A DNA stretch of 64,000 bases, from assembly GCA_002789955.1 (NCBI GenBank), contig PFUG01000212.1, forward strand, positions 357-64,356. Direction: 5' to 3'. Of this stretch, positions 28,997 through 38,936 are shown one piece after another; position 1 is the stretch's first letter; the number at the start of each line of letters is the position of its first letter. Made by a program: the position numbers and the translations under genes. The notes under the pieces were generated by a model that saw only the letters and a list, made by a program, of their open reading frames with translations, was not told the origin of the DNA and ran no database searches. This DNA comes from Deltaproteobacteria bacterium CG_4_9_14_3_um_filter_63_12 (GTDB lineage Bacteria > Myxococcota_A > Bradymonadia > UBA4248 > UM-FILTER-63-12).

Positions 28997-31171
28997 ATGA
29001 CAGCAGACCCCTCGACGACGCCAGTCGCTTTCATCTGGCACATGCACCAACCACCCTATTGGGTTGGCGACGAGGCCCCTATCCTGCCTTGGGTTCGGCT
29101 GCATGCCATCAAGGCCTACTACGATATGGCGTGGATCGCCGAGCGCTTCCCGAAAGTGCACGGGGTCTTCAACTTCTCCGGCGCGCTGTTGCAGCAACTC
29201 CAGATGCTCGCTGACGGCAAGGTGCGAGATCAGTGGTACCGGCTCTCCAGCAAGCCCGCAGAGTTGCTCGACCTGGACGAGCGGGCCTTCATCCTCGAGC
29301 ACTTCTTCAGCCTGTCTTGGGCTCGCTTGGTCGAACCCCACAGCCGTTACGCTGAGCTCCTGCTCAAGCGCGGCCGCGGGAACAAGAAAGTCCCCGCGAA
29401 GCTCGCCGCGACCTTTGATGTGAACGAGCTCAGAGACCTGCAGTGTCTCTTTAACTTGAGTTGGTTCGGGTTCGCGGCTCGCGAGACGCTTCCCGAGATC
29501 GGAGAGCTGCTCGCCCAGGGCCGGCTCTTCAGCGAGTCCCAGAAGGCACGAATCCTCGAGCTGCAGCTGCAGGTCTGCGAGCGCATCCTCCCGCTCTACA
29601 AGAAGCTCGCGGAGAGAGGGCAGAGCGAGCTGACGACGACACCCATGAACCACCCGATTCTGCCACTGCTCTGCGACACGAACGTGGCGATCGGGCTGGA
29701 GGTGGATCGCTCGATGCCACCCCGTTTTGCGTGGCCGAGCGACGCTGTGAGGCAGGTGCACCGCGCCCTCGACGTCTTCGAGCGGGCCTTTGGCCGCCGC
29801 CCAAGAGGGATGTGGCCGGCAGAAGGGGCGGTAAGCGACGAGTCCATCGGCCTCATCGCGAGCGCCGGGCTGCAGTGGATCGCTACCGACGAGCACATCC
29901 TGCTGCGCAGCCCAGGAGGCGAGGGGCCCAGAAATGACGTGGTGTACCGACCGTACACGATCCAGAGCACAGGGGGCCCGCTCAACATTCTGTTCCGAGA
30001 CACGGAGATCAGCGACCTCATCGGGTTCCAATATCGGGACAACCCGCCCCGAGAAGCCGCAGCGGACCTGATCTCCCGAATCGAGGGCGCTGGCGGTCGC
30101 GCCCTTCGCGCCAGGCCAGCCGACCGACTGGTGACCATCGTCTTGGATGGTGAGAACCCATGGGAGTACTACCCTAACGACGGACGGGACTTCCTCGAGG
30201 CGCTCTATAGCCAGCTCAGCGTGCACGCCAGTGTGAAAACCGTCCTACCCAGTCTGTACCTCGCAGGGAGCCCACCAGCACGCCGACTGGAACGCATCCA
30301 CCCTGGGAGCTGGATCGAGGCCGATTTCCACATCTGGATCGGCCATCCGGCAAAGAACCAAGCGTGGAAGCTGCTCGGGCAAGTCCGTGAGCTGGTCCAA
30401 GCCAAGCTGCACGGCGGCGAGCAAGACGCAGCGGTCGTCGAGCGCGTGATGGAGAGCCTGGACCGCGCCGAGGCGAGCGACTGGTTCTGGTGGTACGGCC
30501 CCAACTTCACCAGCGACCAGGACAGCATCTTCGACCTCCTCTTCCGATCCAACCTTCAGCGCGCCTGCAACCTGCTGCACATTGACCCTCCGGCCGAGCT
30601 TGCGAGCGCCATCGAGAGCACCGCGGGCGACGAGCTGCACGGTGATTTCACGGCGCCTGGAGCGTTCATCACTCCTCGGATCGACGGGGAGTGCGCCAAC
30701 TACTTCGACTGGCTCGAGGCCGGCAAATATCGTCCGACGGGCGGTCAGTCCAGCATGTTTCGAGCGCAGGGGCTGTTCACCGATGTGCAGTTCGGGCGAG
30801 ACCTCGAGCACCTCTACCTGCGCTTCGATCGCAACCCTGAGCGCCGTGTGGACTTCGAGCTGCGGCTCAAAGTCGCGTGCGGCGACCAAGTGCTCGATGT
30901 CGCCTACTCGTCCGAGCACCCCATCGACCTGCTGCTCAAACTGTCGAACGCCTCGTCGGAGCCCGCCGTCGCTCGCCATGGGAGCGCATCGCTCAGGCGC
31001 AGCCTGGTGTTGGCGATTCCGCTGGCGATGTTCGATGACTCGAAGGGGAGGTTGGTCACCTGGTCGGCCAGAGTGCTTTCACAAGGGCTCGAGGTCTCTC
31101 GGCTGCCCTCGAGCGGCTCGTTGGTGGTGCCTGGCCTCGAACAGACGCGGCAGCAGAACTGGTTCATCTAG
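28997..31171 (+). CDS. Glycoside hydrolase family 57 (amylopullulanase-like)
   Basis: WHMHQP, HPILPLL, GMWPAEGAVS, LFRDTEISDLIGF, VLDGENPWEYY, GSWI, AEASDWFWW. Confidence 0.93.
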   Translation: MTADPSTTPVAFIWHMHQPPYWVGDEAPILPWVRLHAIKAYYDMAWIAERFPKVHGVFNFSGALLQQLQMLADGKVRDQWYRLSSKPAELLDLDERAFILEHFFSLSWARLVEPHSRYAELLLKRGRGNKKVPAKLAATFDVNELRDLQCLFNLSWFGFAARETLPEIGELLAQGRLFSESQKARILELQLQVCERILPLYKKLAERGQSELTTTPMNHPILPLLCDTNVAIGLEVDRSMPPRFAWPSDAVRQVHRALDVFERAFGRRPRGMWPAEGAVSDESIGLIASAGLQWIATDEHILLRSPGGEGPRNDVVYRPYTIQSTGGPLNILFRDTEISDLIGFQYRDNPPREAAADLISRIEGAGGRALRARPADRLVTIVLDGENPWEYYPNDGRDFLEALYSQLSVHASVKTVLPSLYLAGSPPARRLERIHPGSWIEADFHIWIGHPAKNQAWKLLGQVRELVQAKLHGGEQDAAVVERVMESLDRAEASDWFWWYGPNFTSDQDSIFDLLFRSNLQRACNLLHIDPPAELASAIESTAGDELHGDFTAPGAFITPRIDGECANYFDWLEAGKYRPTGGQSSMFRAQGLFTDVQFGRDLEHLYLRFDRNPERRVDFELRLKVACGDQVLDVAYSSEHPIDLLLKLSNASSEPAVARHGSASLRRSLVLAIPLAMFDDSKGRLVTWSARVLSQGLEVSRLPSSGSLVVPGLEQTRQQNWFI

Positions 31172-31178
31172 AGCTAGG

Positions 31179-31257
31179 TCGCTCGCTCCGCAGCACGGCG
31201 CTCGCTCGAAACGAGCGAGCTGGAGTGCCTGCGCTCGCGCTCGCGCGCAGGCACTCC
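31179..31257 (-). repeat. Dispersed repeat family B, copy with additional terminal hairpin
   Basis: Reverse complement of 13347-13412. Extra stem ggagtgcctgcgc / gcgcaggcactcc (31222-31257). Directly after the GH57 stop. Confidence 0.85.
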
Positions 31258-31443
31258 CCCGGGCTCGACGCGAGCACACTCCAGATTGACACGCCATCGT
31301 GGACGGCGTGGTTCCTGTACCCACGCCCCGAACTTTGGTAACAAACGCGGGTCGTTTCACGGGGCTGCGGCCAATCCACGTGGGACTCGAGCTGGTCTGC
31401 CCCAGACGGCTCGCCACTGAACCCGAACAGAGCCTGAGCTGCG

Positions 31444-33390
31444 ATGATGAGTAGACTGCAATCGAAACCAATGGGGCCTCTCACGAAGGCGGCCTGCTCT
31501 GTCGTCGCCCTGTGCCTCCTCGCCAGCGGCCTGCTCTCCTGCCAAGAGCGAGCAGAGCGCACTGTCGCGTTGACCCAAGAGCAGTGGAAACGCGTCAAGA
31601 AGAACGTCAGCGACGAGCGGCCGACCCCATCGACCGTGGTCGAGGCGACCTTCGGACTGAAAGATCGCCCCTTGATCGAGCTCGTGGGCTACGACCTCTC
31701 CCCTCGCAACCTCGTGACCGGCAAGAACTTCACCGTCACGTGGTACTGGCACAGCCTCGAAAAGACAGACACGAACTACAAAGCCTTCGTTCATCTCGTG
31801 CCTATCGGCAGCGGCGCCTTCCAGAACCTCGATCACCACCCTGTCGACAACCTCTATCAGACCAGCACCTGGGAGGCCGGGAAGTACGTCACCGACGCGC
31901 AGACCGTCACGCTCAAGGCTGGCTTCTCGTCTTCGGGCGGCAAGTTCCAGCTCGGTTTCTTCGAGCAGCAATCCGGTCAGCGGCTGAGCATCATCGACCC
32001 AGGCCGAGGCACCGTCATCGAGGACGGCAAGCTCGAGGTTGGCCAAACCTCCACAAAGAACGACAAGAACCTCGTCGTCCCGCTCGTCGACCTCGACGAG
32101 GCCCCCGTCATGGACGGACTGCTGACCGACCCGGCCTGGCGAATTGCCGGGCGGACTCAATCTTTCACGGCCGCAGGAGATGGCAAGCCAGTCGACTTCG
32201 CGACCACCGCGAAGGCCATCTACACCGCAGAGGCGCTCTACCTCGGCTTCGACGTTCGCGACAAGGACATCCGCACCCGCTTCACCAAGAGAGACGACAC
32301 GCTCTGGGAGCAGGACTGCGTCGAGATCTACCTCAACCCAGACAACGACAACGGCACCTACTGGGAACTGCAGCTCAGCCCAGGCGACGGCGAGAACGGT
32401 CAAACGCCCCTCTTCGACGCGTACTTCGAGACCCACCGCACTCCAGCGTGGAAGATCGCCATGAACACGACCTTTGTCGGCCTCGAGGCCAAGGTCGATC
32501 GCCGTGGCTCGCTCAACAGCGACGACAACACCCTCGACGACACTGGATACACCGTCGAGGTGAAGATCCCCTTCCAGAACCTCTCGAACACACCCAACGC
32601 CATCGAACGGATCAAGCTCGCGAACGCATCACCGAAGGTCGGAGACACCTGGCGGGTCAATTTCTTCCGAGTCGACTATCAGGAGACTGACGGCAACAAG
32701 CAGACTCGGCACGCGTCCTGGTCCCCTTCGGGGGGGGATTTCCACAACCTCGATGCGCTCGGGACGATGGAGTTCGGCGAGAAGTCGACCTCCAAGACCA
32801 GTCAGCCCACGCCACGGATGTCCTCGCCGAGAGTGCGAGCGATGCTCACGCAAAAGGGCAGAGCGGTCGACCCGTCCAGCCTGTCAAAGGCCCTGCGGGA
32901 GTCCGAGGCCCAGTTCCTGACTTGCTTCCACAAAGGGACCGAGATCCCTACCCAGGCGCTCACTCACGAATTCACCGTACGGCTCTCCGCCGAAGCCTCG
33001 GTGGATTCGGTCACCCGCATCGACAACGGAGATGCGGCGACGATGGACTGTCTGGTCAAGGAGATCGAAACCTGGACGGACCTCAAGATCGTGGAGCTGT
33101 CGCCTGAACCAGTCACTCCTCCGACCACCGACCAGGTAGGGGCCACCGCACCGACGGCCGACGACCAGACCTTGCGGTCGGTGGGCATCCGAATTCAATA
33201 CACACCCGGAGGGACAGGCGCGCACACCCCCCAGCGCACCGGCCAGGATGAACCGGCCGAGGGCGTTGCGCCGATGCTGGAGCCGGCGGCCGTCCCCACC
33301 AGGGTTGCCCCCATCGAGCTGCGCCGAACCATCAACACCGAAGGCGTGAACCCGGCCAGGCCCATGAAAGAAATGCGCGCACCTCAGTGA
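31444..33390 (+). CDS. Lipoprotein with carbohydrate-binding family 9-like domain and possible TonB-C/AgmX-like C-terminal domain
   Basis: Lipobox LLSC. CBM9-like PVMDGLLTDPAW, ALYLGFDVRD, LWEQDCVEIYL, YTVEVKIPF, GDTWRVNFFR. Alternative start 31471. Confidence 0.75.
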   Translation: MMSRLQSKPMGPLTKAACSVVALCLLASGLLSCQERAERTVALTQEQWKRVKKNVSDERPTPSTVVEATFGLKDRPLIELVGYDLSPRNLVTGKNFTVTWYWHSLEKTDTNYKAFVHLVPIGSGAFQNLDHHPVDNLYQTSTWEAGKYVTDAQTVTLKAGFSSSGGKFQLGFFEQQSGQRLSIIDPGRGTVIEDGKLEVGQTSTKNDKNLVVPLVDLDEAPVMDGLLTDPAWRIAGRTQSFTAAGDGKPVDFATTAKAIYTAEALYLGFDVRDKDIRTRFTKRDDTLWEQDCVEIYLNPDNDNGTYWELQLSPGDGENGQTPLFDAYFETHRTPAWKIAMNTTFVGLEAKVDRRGSLNSDDNTLDDTGYTVEVKIPFQNLSNTPNAIERIKLANASPKVGDTWRVNFFRVDYQETDGNKQTRHASWSPSGGDFHNLDALGTMEFGEKSTSKTSQPTPRMSSPRVRAMLTQKGRAVDPSSLSKALRESEAQFLTCFHKGTEIPTQALTHEFTVRLSAEASVDSVTRIDNGDAATMDCLVKEIETWTDLKIVELSPEPVTPPTTDQVGATAPTADDQTLRSVGIRIQYTPGGTGAHTPQRTGQDEPAEGVAPMLEPAAVPTRVAPIELRRTINTEGVNPARPMKEMRAPQ

Positions 33391-35678
33391 CTTGCTTGCT
33401 CGGACTCCGAGTAGCGCTCGCGCAGCAGGTAGATGATGGTGTCCTTCGCGCACTCCTTGCAGTAGCCGAAGGCGGTCTCCATGTTGCTTAGGGTCGTCTC
33501 AACCTGGGTGAGGTCGTCCTTCGCGAGGGCGTCACGTCCGTCGTGGAGGAAGAGCAGGAGGTTACGTTCGATGCGCTTCACCACCGTCTTGCGCTCGTTG
33601 AAGTAGGACTGCTCGATGGCGATGAAGAGCTCTGGGAAGATCTCGGAGTACTTGAGGTCGGCCTCTGGGTTGTCGATGCGAAACGCCGCGACAGCGCTGA
33701 TCACCTCATCGCGGAAGCGCACGTTGTCGGTGTTGATGCCGAGCTTCTTCTCCATCTCGTGCATGAAGCTCTCGCTGACCTCTTCGGTCTTGCCGGTGAC
33801 CGGGTTGAGAATCCTCTCCCCCTTCATCTGGTGTGAGACCATGGACACATAGCGCGAGAAGTAGCGCTCGTAGGAAGCCTCCTCCACGAGTCCCATGCTC
33901 GAACGCACGTCGCCGTCCACGAGATCGAGGTACTTCTGCTTGACGACATCGATGAACTCGGCCGGCGAATGGTATTGGCCGTCAGATTTGATTCTGAGGA
34001 AAGGATGGATGGACGCGTCCTTGACCAGCTCTCGCAGCTCCTCGAAGACCGATTGCGGGCTCAGGCAGGCGTACTCGGTTCGCTGTACGGCCCTGAAGAT
34101 CAGGCTCTTGGTCTCGCGAGGGCTCATCCCGTAGAGCCCTTCGTATTCAAGGGAGGACTGATACTCGGCGTGAATGTCCTCGACGAGGGCCCGCATCTCT
34201 CTGGCTTGTTCGCCGGTGAGCCCGTCCGGGACTTTTCCATGGGTGTAGAGCTCCGCCTTCTCCAACGGGCTCAGGCTCGTCATGACATCCCGGACCAGCT
34301 CTGGGTAGAGCTTCGCGTCCGGCGGCATCAGACGGGTCAATACCGACCACAGCGACGCCACATAAGTCGTGCGCGGCGCGACGTGAATCGGCAGCTCGGT
34401 CGCTTCGAGCATCTGGTCGTAGATCCGTTGCTCCGTCACGTAGTTGAGAATGTAGGGCATGCGGACAAGGTCCAAACGGCCTTTGAATGAGGCGTACTCT
34501 GGTTGTCCTTTGAACGCCTCGAGGAAGTTCTCGTTGGCGCTGCCGATAAGAAAACTGTCGATGGCGAGGATGGCGTGTTCGACGGGCACTGTGCCCTTCT
34601 CGACGGTGCCGATGAGGTACTTGTTGAGGTCGGGGTGGCGCTTGAGGAGGTCGTTGAACTCGGTGATGCCTCGGTTGCCGTCAACCAAATCCCCCATGGG
34701 TTCGAAGAGCGTTTGATTCTGCAGGGCGATGGGCAGGGCTTGCAGCGAGCGGTCCGCGGTGACCTGCCGAGAGCCGGCGTCGACGCGAAGCTGGGGTTCG
34801 ACCGTCACCGCAGATTGGCGGTAGCTCTTTGAGATGTAGAAGCGCTCGACCTGGACATGTTTGAGCACTTCTCGGAAATCCCCTCTATAAGAGGTGAGCA
34901 GCGCGTTGTAGATCAGTCGAGACTTGTGCGAGAGATCCCCCTCGAAAATGTAGTCTGACAGCGTGAAGTCTGCTTTCCCGCCCTTTGCTTTGATCTCGCG
35001 GCTCTCCTTTCCGAAGATCTTCAACAGGTGTTCTTGGCGTTGTTTCGGTGGGATGAGAAGGAGCGGGTTGTCACGGAGCTCCTCGAGCAGCTTGGCGTCC
35101 AGCTGCAGCTCGTCGAGGTGAGCGTAGCTCTCCAGACGAGGCTCCCGGCTCGCTTTCTCCCCTTCGTTGCCAAACCCAATCGCCGTGCGGATCAGCTTGT
35201 CAGTCGGGAACACCCAGTTGAACCGGTACAGCGGTCCTTCGTCGAGACGGCTGTAGTGCTCCAAACCCCTGACGATGCAGTTGATCAGACTCGATTTCGC
35301 CGAGCCGTTCGGTCCGTGTAGGAGGACCAGACGAGTGATCCGGCGCTCCCGAATGAAGTTGTTCAGGATTCGGTAGATCTCGTTCTGCGCCTCCTCGTGC
35401 CCGACCAGGCGATTCTTGCCGCCCAGGAAGTCCATGTCGAAAAGACGAAACCGGCGCTGCTTGCGGACCCCAATGTCGACGACGTCCTCGCCGAAGTAGT
35501 CGAACATGTCGCGCACGTACTGGGCGATGCTGCGGCTGTGCAGCTGAGGCTCGGCTTGGAAGGCTTCGAAGTACTCGTCGAAGCTCATCAAACTGCGCTT
35601 CTCTTCGAACGTCGTCCGAATCGAATCGCTGAGTTCGGTCAGAAAATTTGAGCTCGGGGTCTTCGTTTCCGTCGACAT
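33384..35678 (-). CDS. prkA: PrkA/YeaG-family AAA+ serine kinase
   Basis: Walker A LHGPNGSAKSS, GDLVDGNRGITEFNDLLKR, EGLYGMSPRE, C-terminal FGYCKECA. Start at ATG 35678 after a GGAG RBS. Confidence 0.85.
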   Translation of the reverse strand: MSTETKTPSSNFLTELSDSIRTTFEEKRSLMSFDEYFEAFQAEPQLHSRSIAQYVRDMFDYFGEDVVDIGVRKQRRFRLFDMDFLGGKNRLVGHEEAQNEIYRILNNFIRERRITRLVLLHGPNGSAKSSLINCIVRGLEHYSRLDEGPLYRFNWVFPTDKLIRTAIGFGNEGEKASREPRLESYAHLDELQLDAKLLEELRDNPLLLIPPKQRQEHLLKIFGKESREIKAKGGKADFTLSDYIFEGDLSHKSRLIYNALLTSYRGDFREVLKHVQVERFYISKSYRQSAVTVEPQLRVDAGSRQVTADRSLQALPIALQNQTLFEPMGDLVDGNRGITEFNDLLKRHPDLNKYLIGTVEKGTVPVEHAILAIDSFLIGSANENFLEAFKGQPEYASFKGRLDLVRMPYILNYVTEQRIYDQMLEATELPIHVAPRTTYVASLWSVLTRLMPPDAKLYPELVRDVMTSLSPLEKAELYTHGKVPDGLTGEQAREMRALVEDIHAEYQSSLEYEGLYGMSPRETKSLIFRAVQRTEYACLSPQSVFEELRELVKDASIHPFLRIKSDGQYHSPAEFIDVVKQKYLDLVDGDVRSSMGLVEEASYERYFSRYVSMVSHQMKGERILNPVTGKTEEVSESFMHEMEKKLGINTDNVRFRDEVISAVAAFRIDNPEADLKYSEIFPELFIAIEQSYFNERKTVVKRIERNLLLFLHDGRDALAKDDLTQVETTLSNMETAFGYCKECAKDTIIYLLRERYSESEQASH

Positions 35679-35887
35679 ATCGGGGATCTCCTTGCCAATT
35701 CGGAACGGGCGCACATCGGAGCCAAAAACGCGGGCATCATAGGATGAGACAACCGACGGGGAAAGCGAGCGCAAGCAGAGGACGACCGCTTGAGTTGGAC
35801 AGCGAGCGAGAACGGGATCAGCGGTCAGCATAGTGCGCTGCTGCCTTCGAAACAGTCCGGTGTCGCCGAGCGCGCGAAATCCAATCG

Positions 35888-35916
35888 TTGACACTGCGCG
35901 GTGCATCTTTGAGACT
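35888..35916 (+). promoter_or_regulatory. Putative sigma70 promoter for the DUF4398/OmpA pair
   Basis: TTGACA, 17-bp spacer, GAGACT. Confidence 0.35.
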
Positions 35917-36079
35917 AACGGCGGTTTGGGTGTCGCCGCATCGGGCCGCGTTCGACCAAGCCCCGCGACGGGTCGCTGTGGGTCGGAAAGCTCGGACCAC
36001 ACAGGTGGCCGCACTCGAAGACTGTCTGGCTAGCTATAGCTATTATCCATCGAGGATTTGCATTCCAAAGGAGGTGACG

Positions 36080-36547
36080 GTGAGCCGTCGACTGCACTGT
36101 GATTACAAGGGTTTCCTGCTCATCCTCGGCGCGTTCTTGACGCTGCTGGTGCTGCCCTCTCTTGCGGCCGCTGATGAGGCTCAGGGATATCGAGAGCAGA
36201 TCAGCCAGTACAACCAGAAGGTCGTCAAGCTGCGGGCCAGCGAGAACGCCGCCCAAATGACCGCCGACTTGAACCAGACCCAGAGCTGGCTCGACGAGGC
36301 GCTCGTTCAGGTCGGCAAAGAGGAATACAACGCTGTGAAAGCGCTCCTGCGGCGTGCCGAGGTCCAGCTGGATTACATCGAGATGGAGCTCGAGCTCTCT
36401 CAAATGAAGGCGAAAGCTGACGCCAAAGAGGCGGAGTTCATGGAGGTGCAGACCCGCGCCGGGCAGCTCTCCAACGAGCTCGACGAGCTCACGGCCAAGG
36501 AAGCGCTTCTCCAGAACCAAGTCAGCGGCAAAGCAAACGGCAAGTGA
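36080..36547 (+). CDS. Secreted coiled-coil protein (DUF4398-like)
   Basis: GGAGGT RBS before GTG 36080. Signal peptide ending SLAAA-DE, all-helical. Sits upstream of an OmpA lipoprotein. Confidence 0.7.
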   Translation: MSRRLHCDYKGFLLILGAFLTLLVLPSLAAADEAQGYREQISQYNQKVVKLRASENAAQMTADLNQTQSWLDEALVQVGKEEYNAVKALLRRAEVQLDYIEMELELSQMKAKADAKEAEFMEVQTRAGQLSNELDELTAKEALLQNQVSGKANGK

Positions 36548-36656
36548 CCTCTTCTGCTGGCCACGACCGATGGGCACCACCGGCCCAGGGTTGACCGCTG
36601 AGCGAGAGCGCTTGTCTCTGTAAACTTATCGCCAATTCGAATCGGAGCGAGAGATC

Positions 36657-37793
36657 ATGGCACAACAACGAACCCTGCTGGCCGCGGCCCCCCAATGGTC
36701 GCTGGCACTTCTGATGGTGCTCACCGCTGCCCTCGTCGCCTGCGGCCCTCCCCCCAAGCCCGCTGAGCTCCAAGAGCTCGAGAAGATGAGAAATGATTCC
36801 TTCACGGCGCAGATCAACACCGCTGCACCAAAACTCCTCGAGCAGGCAGACAAGTTTCACAAAATGGCCGTCACCGCTTGGCAAGAAGGCGATGCGCCGC
36901 GAGCCGCTGACTATGCCTGGCTCGGACAGCTTCGCTACAAGACCGCCAAGAGCAAGGCCAAATCGCTCGACGAGCAGGCTCGCTACGACGAGGCGGCGGC
37001 AAAAGTGACCAAGGCCAACCAAGAGGTCGAGGTCAACAAGCTCAAGATCGACGGCCTCAACAAGAGCATCGCGCAGCTCGAGCAGACTGTCGCGGCCTAC
37101 GATCAAAATGCCTCCATGAAGCGCCAGTCGACCGTCGACCAAGTCCTGCTCACCGCCGAAGGCGAACGAGAAAAGGCCAAAGCCGTCAACGCCGCAGAGC
37201 TCGCCGCTGGCAAGTGGAACTTCGCCGAGAACGTGATGAAGTTGACCCAAGAACATCTGACCGCTGGCCGCGTCGACGAGGCGCTCAAGTCCGCTGAAGA
37301 GGCCAAGGTCGCCTATATGGAAGCCTACGCCGTCGCCAAACCCGAGTTCGACAAGGCCTCAGCGTCCGCCACTCGCGCCGAACGAGAGAAGGCCCTCTAC
37401 GTCGCGGCGTCATCGGCCTTCTCCGTCGATGCCCTGCAAGACCAGCGCGGCGTCGTCGTCGTGATGCCCAGGGTATTCGACCTGAACAAGACCACGGTGT
37501 TGGAGGGCAAGGCCTTCATGCTCGACGCGGCCGTCAAGATCGCCACCGACTTCCCCGAGACGACGGTCATGATCGAGGGATATACCCAGAGCAAAGGCAG
37601 CGACAGTAAGAACCTGACCATCAGCCAGAGTCGCGCCGACTCAGTTCGCGACTACCTCGTCCAGAAGGGCGTGGATCCGAAACGCTGTGTCTCCTCTGGC
37701 TACGGCGAAGAAAAGCCGCGCTACGACAACAGCTCCAAAGACGACCGCGGCAAGAACGACCGTGTCGAGGTCGTCTTCGTCATGACGAAATGA
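36657..37793 (+). CDS. OmpA-family peptidoglycan-binding lipoprotein with coiled-coil N-terminus
   Basis: Lipobox LVAC. OmpA_C motifs IEGYT..GS..N..ISQSRADSVRDYL..GV, GYGEEKP, NDRVEVV. Confidence 0.9.
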   Translation: MAQQRTLLAAAPQWSLALLMVLTAALVACGPPPKPAELQELEKMRNDSFTAQINTAAPKLLEQADKFHKMAVTAWQEGDAPRAADYAWLGQLRYKTAKSKAKSLDEQARYDEAAAKVTKANQEVEVNKLKIDGLNKSIAQLEQTVAAYDQNASMKRQSTVDQVLLTAEGEREKAKAVNAAELAAGKWNFAENVMKLTQEHLTAGRVDEALKSAEEAKVAYMEAYAVAKPEFDKASASATRAEREKALYVAASSAFSVDALQDQRGVVVVMPRVFDLNKTTVLEGKAFMLDAAVKIATDFPETTVMIEGYTQSKGSDSKNLTISQSRADSVRDYLVQKGVDPKRCVSSGYGEEKPRYDNSSKDDRGKNDRVEVVFVMTK

Positions 37794-37969
37794 CCTTCGC
37801 GCTTGGGTGGCCGGGACCCAACCCTGTGAGCTTGCTTCCTACGATGTGGCAAACGGCTCACGGCGTTGGGCCTCGTGGTCTCAGGCGAAGGTTCTTGCTC
37901 GCCCAGAAAGCCCGTTGTTCAGGTCGACTTCGTGGTCAACAGCCGGGTCGGTTGAGGCCGGGCGGGGCG

Positions 37970-37985
37970 TGGCATACGTCGTGCA
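37970..37985 (+). promoter_or_regulatory. Putative sigma54 (-24/-12) promoter
   Basis: TGGCATACGTCGTGCA with exact GG-N10-GC spacing, ~40 bp upstream of ATG 38028 (AAGGAG RBS). Confidence 0.5.
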
Positions 37986-38027
37986 CCGGGCCTCCGGCAA
38001 CGCGACCCCCGCGAAGGAGAACTCAAG

Positions 38028-38684
38028 ATGGTCAGTTTGTTCGAGCGTCGCTCGCTTCCCGGCACTGAGATGCTCCGGGCCGAACGACGAAGGGTCTGGC
38101 AGGGTCGTGCGATCGCCCTCGCCCTGCTCGTCGTCTCGTCCGCAATCACCACCTCGGCCGCCGCCCAAGGAACGCACTTCATTGCCGAGGGCACATTCGG
38201 CGTCAGCATGCCGCTCGGCATCGAGACCGACCAGGTTGGAATGTCCATCGGGGCGACCGCAGGGTTCGGCGGCAAAGTCCCTGGTTCCTTGCTGCGGATG
38301 TATGCCCTCGCTCAGTTCAACGGCTCCCAATTCAGCATCCTGCGCGAGGACCTCGCTCTCGAGCGAACCCTCATGGAGCTGTCGGGCGGTGGCCGTGTGC
38401 TCTTTCCATTGACCAGCAATCTGCGCCTCTACGCCGACGCTCTGCTGGGGCTGAGTTGGCTGACGAGCGAAGAGCGTTCGATGAGCGGACGACCAGTCTT
38501 TGTCGAGGACGTGGAGCCTCGGATGTCGTTCACGAGCGCTCTAGGGATACAATTTCGGCCGCTGATTTTCCTGTCTGTCGGCGCCAAGACGAGCTTCCTC
38601 TTTCTCTTGGACGACTCCTATCTGCCGGCCGAAGACATCAGCGGCTGTCTGAACATTCTCGGCAGCGTGACGCTCCATTTTTGA
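38028..38684 (+). CDS. Small outer-membrane beta-barrel protein
   Basis: Signal peptide ending AAA-Q, alternating amphipathic strands, C-terminal Phe (GSVTLHF). Confidence 0.7.
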   Translation: MVSLFERRSLPGTEMLRAERRRVWQGRAIALALLVVSSAITTSAAAQGTHFIAEGTFGVSMPLGIETDQVGMSIGATAGFGGKVPGSLLRMYALAQFNGSQFSILREDLALERTLMELSGGGRVLFPLTSNLRLYADALLGLSWLTSEERSMSGRPVFVEDVEPRMSFTSALGIQFRPLIFLSVGAKTSFLFLLDDSYLPAEDISGCLNILGSVTLHF

Positions 38685-38785
38685 GTGTCGCGTGACTGCT
38701 CGGTCAGAAAACCGGGATGGCGAGGCTGCAATCGTTTCGAGAGCCGGGAATCCCTTTGTGCGGGCGGTCGAGCGGCCGGGTTGGG

Positions 38786-38814
38786 TTGACAGATTGTTTG
38801 CGCCGGGATAGCAT
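38786..38814 (+). promoter_or_regulatory. Sigma70 promoter for the glt operon
   Basis: TTGACA, 17-bp spacer, TAGCAT, upstream of gltC. Confidence 0.65.
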
Positions 38815-38936
38815 CGCGGCCAGCGAGCTGGGGTCTAAACCCAATCTTTATCGACGTTTGCGGGACAACGAGCCCAGCCAAAGGGGCGAATTGGACCGAC
38901 GTCCGGCCGGATTTCGTTCTCACTAGGGGAAAGCAG

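Noticed and set aside
35679..36014. 112-aa N-terminal extension of PrkA in the ORF track
   Set aside because: The extension looks non-coding, and ATG 35678 has an RBS and matches the expected family start.
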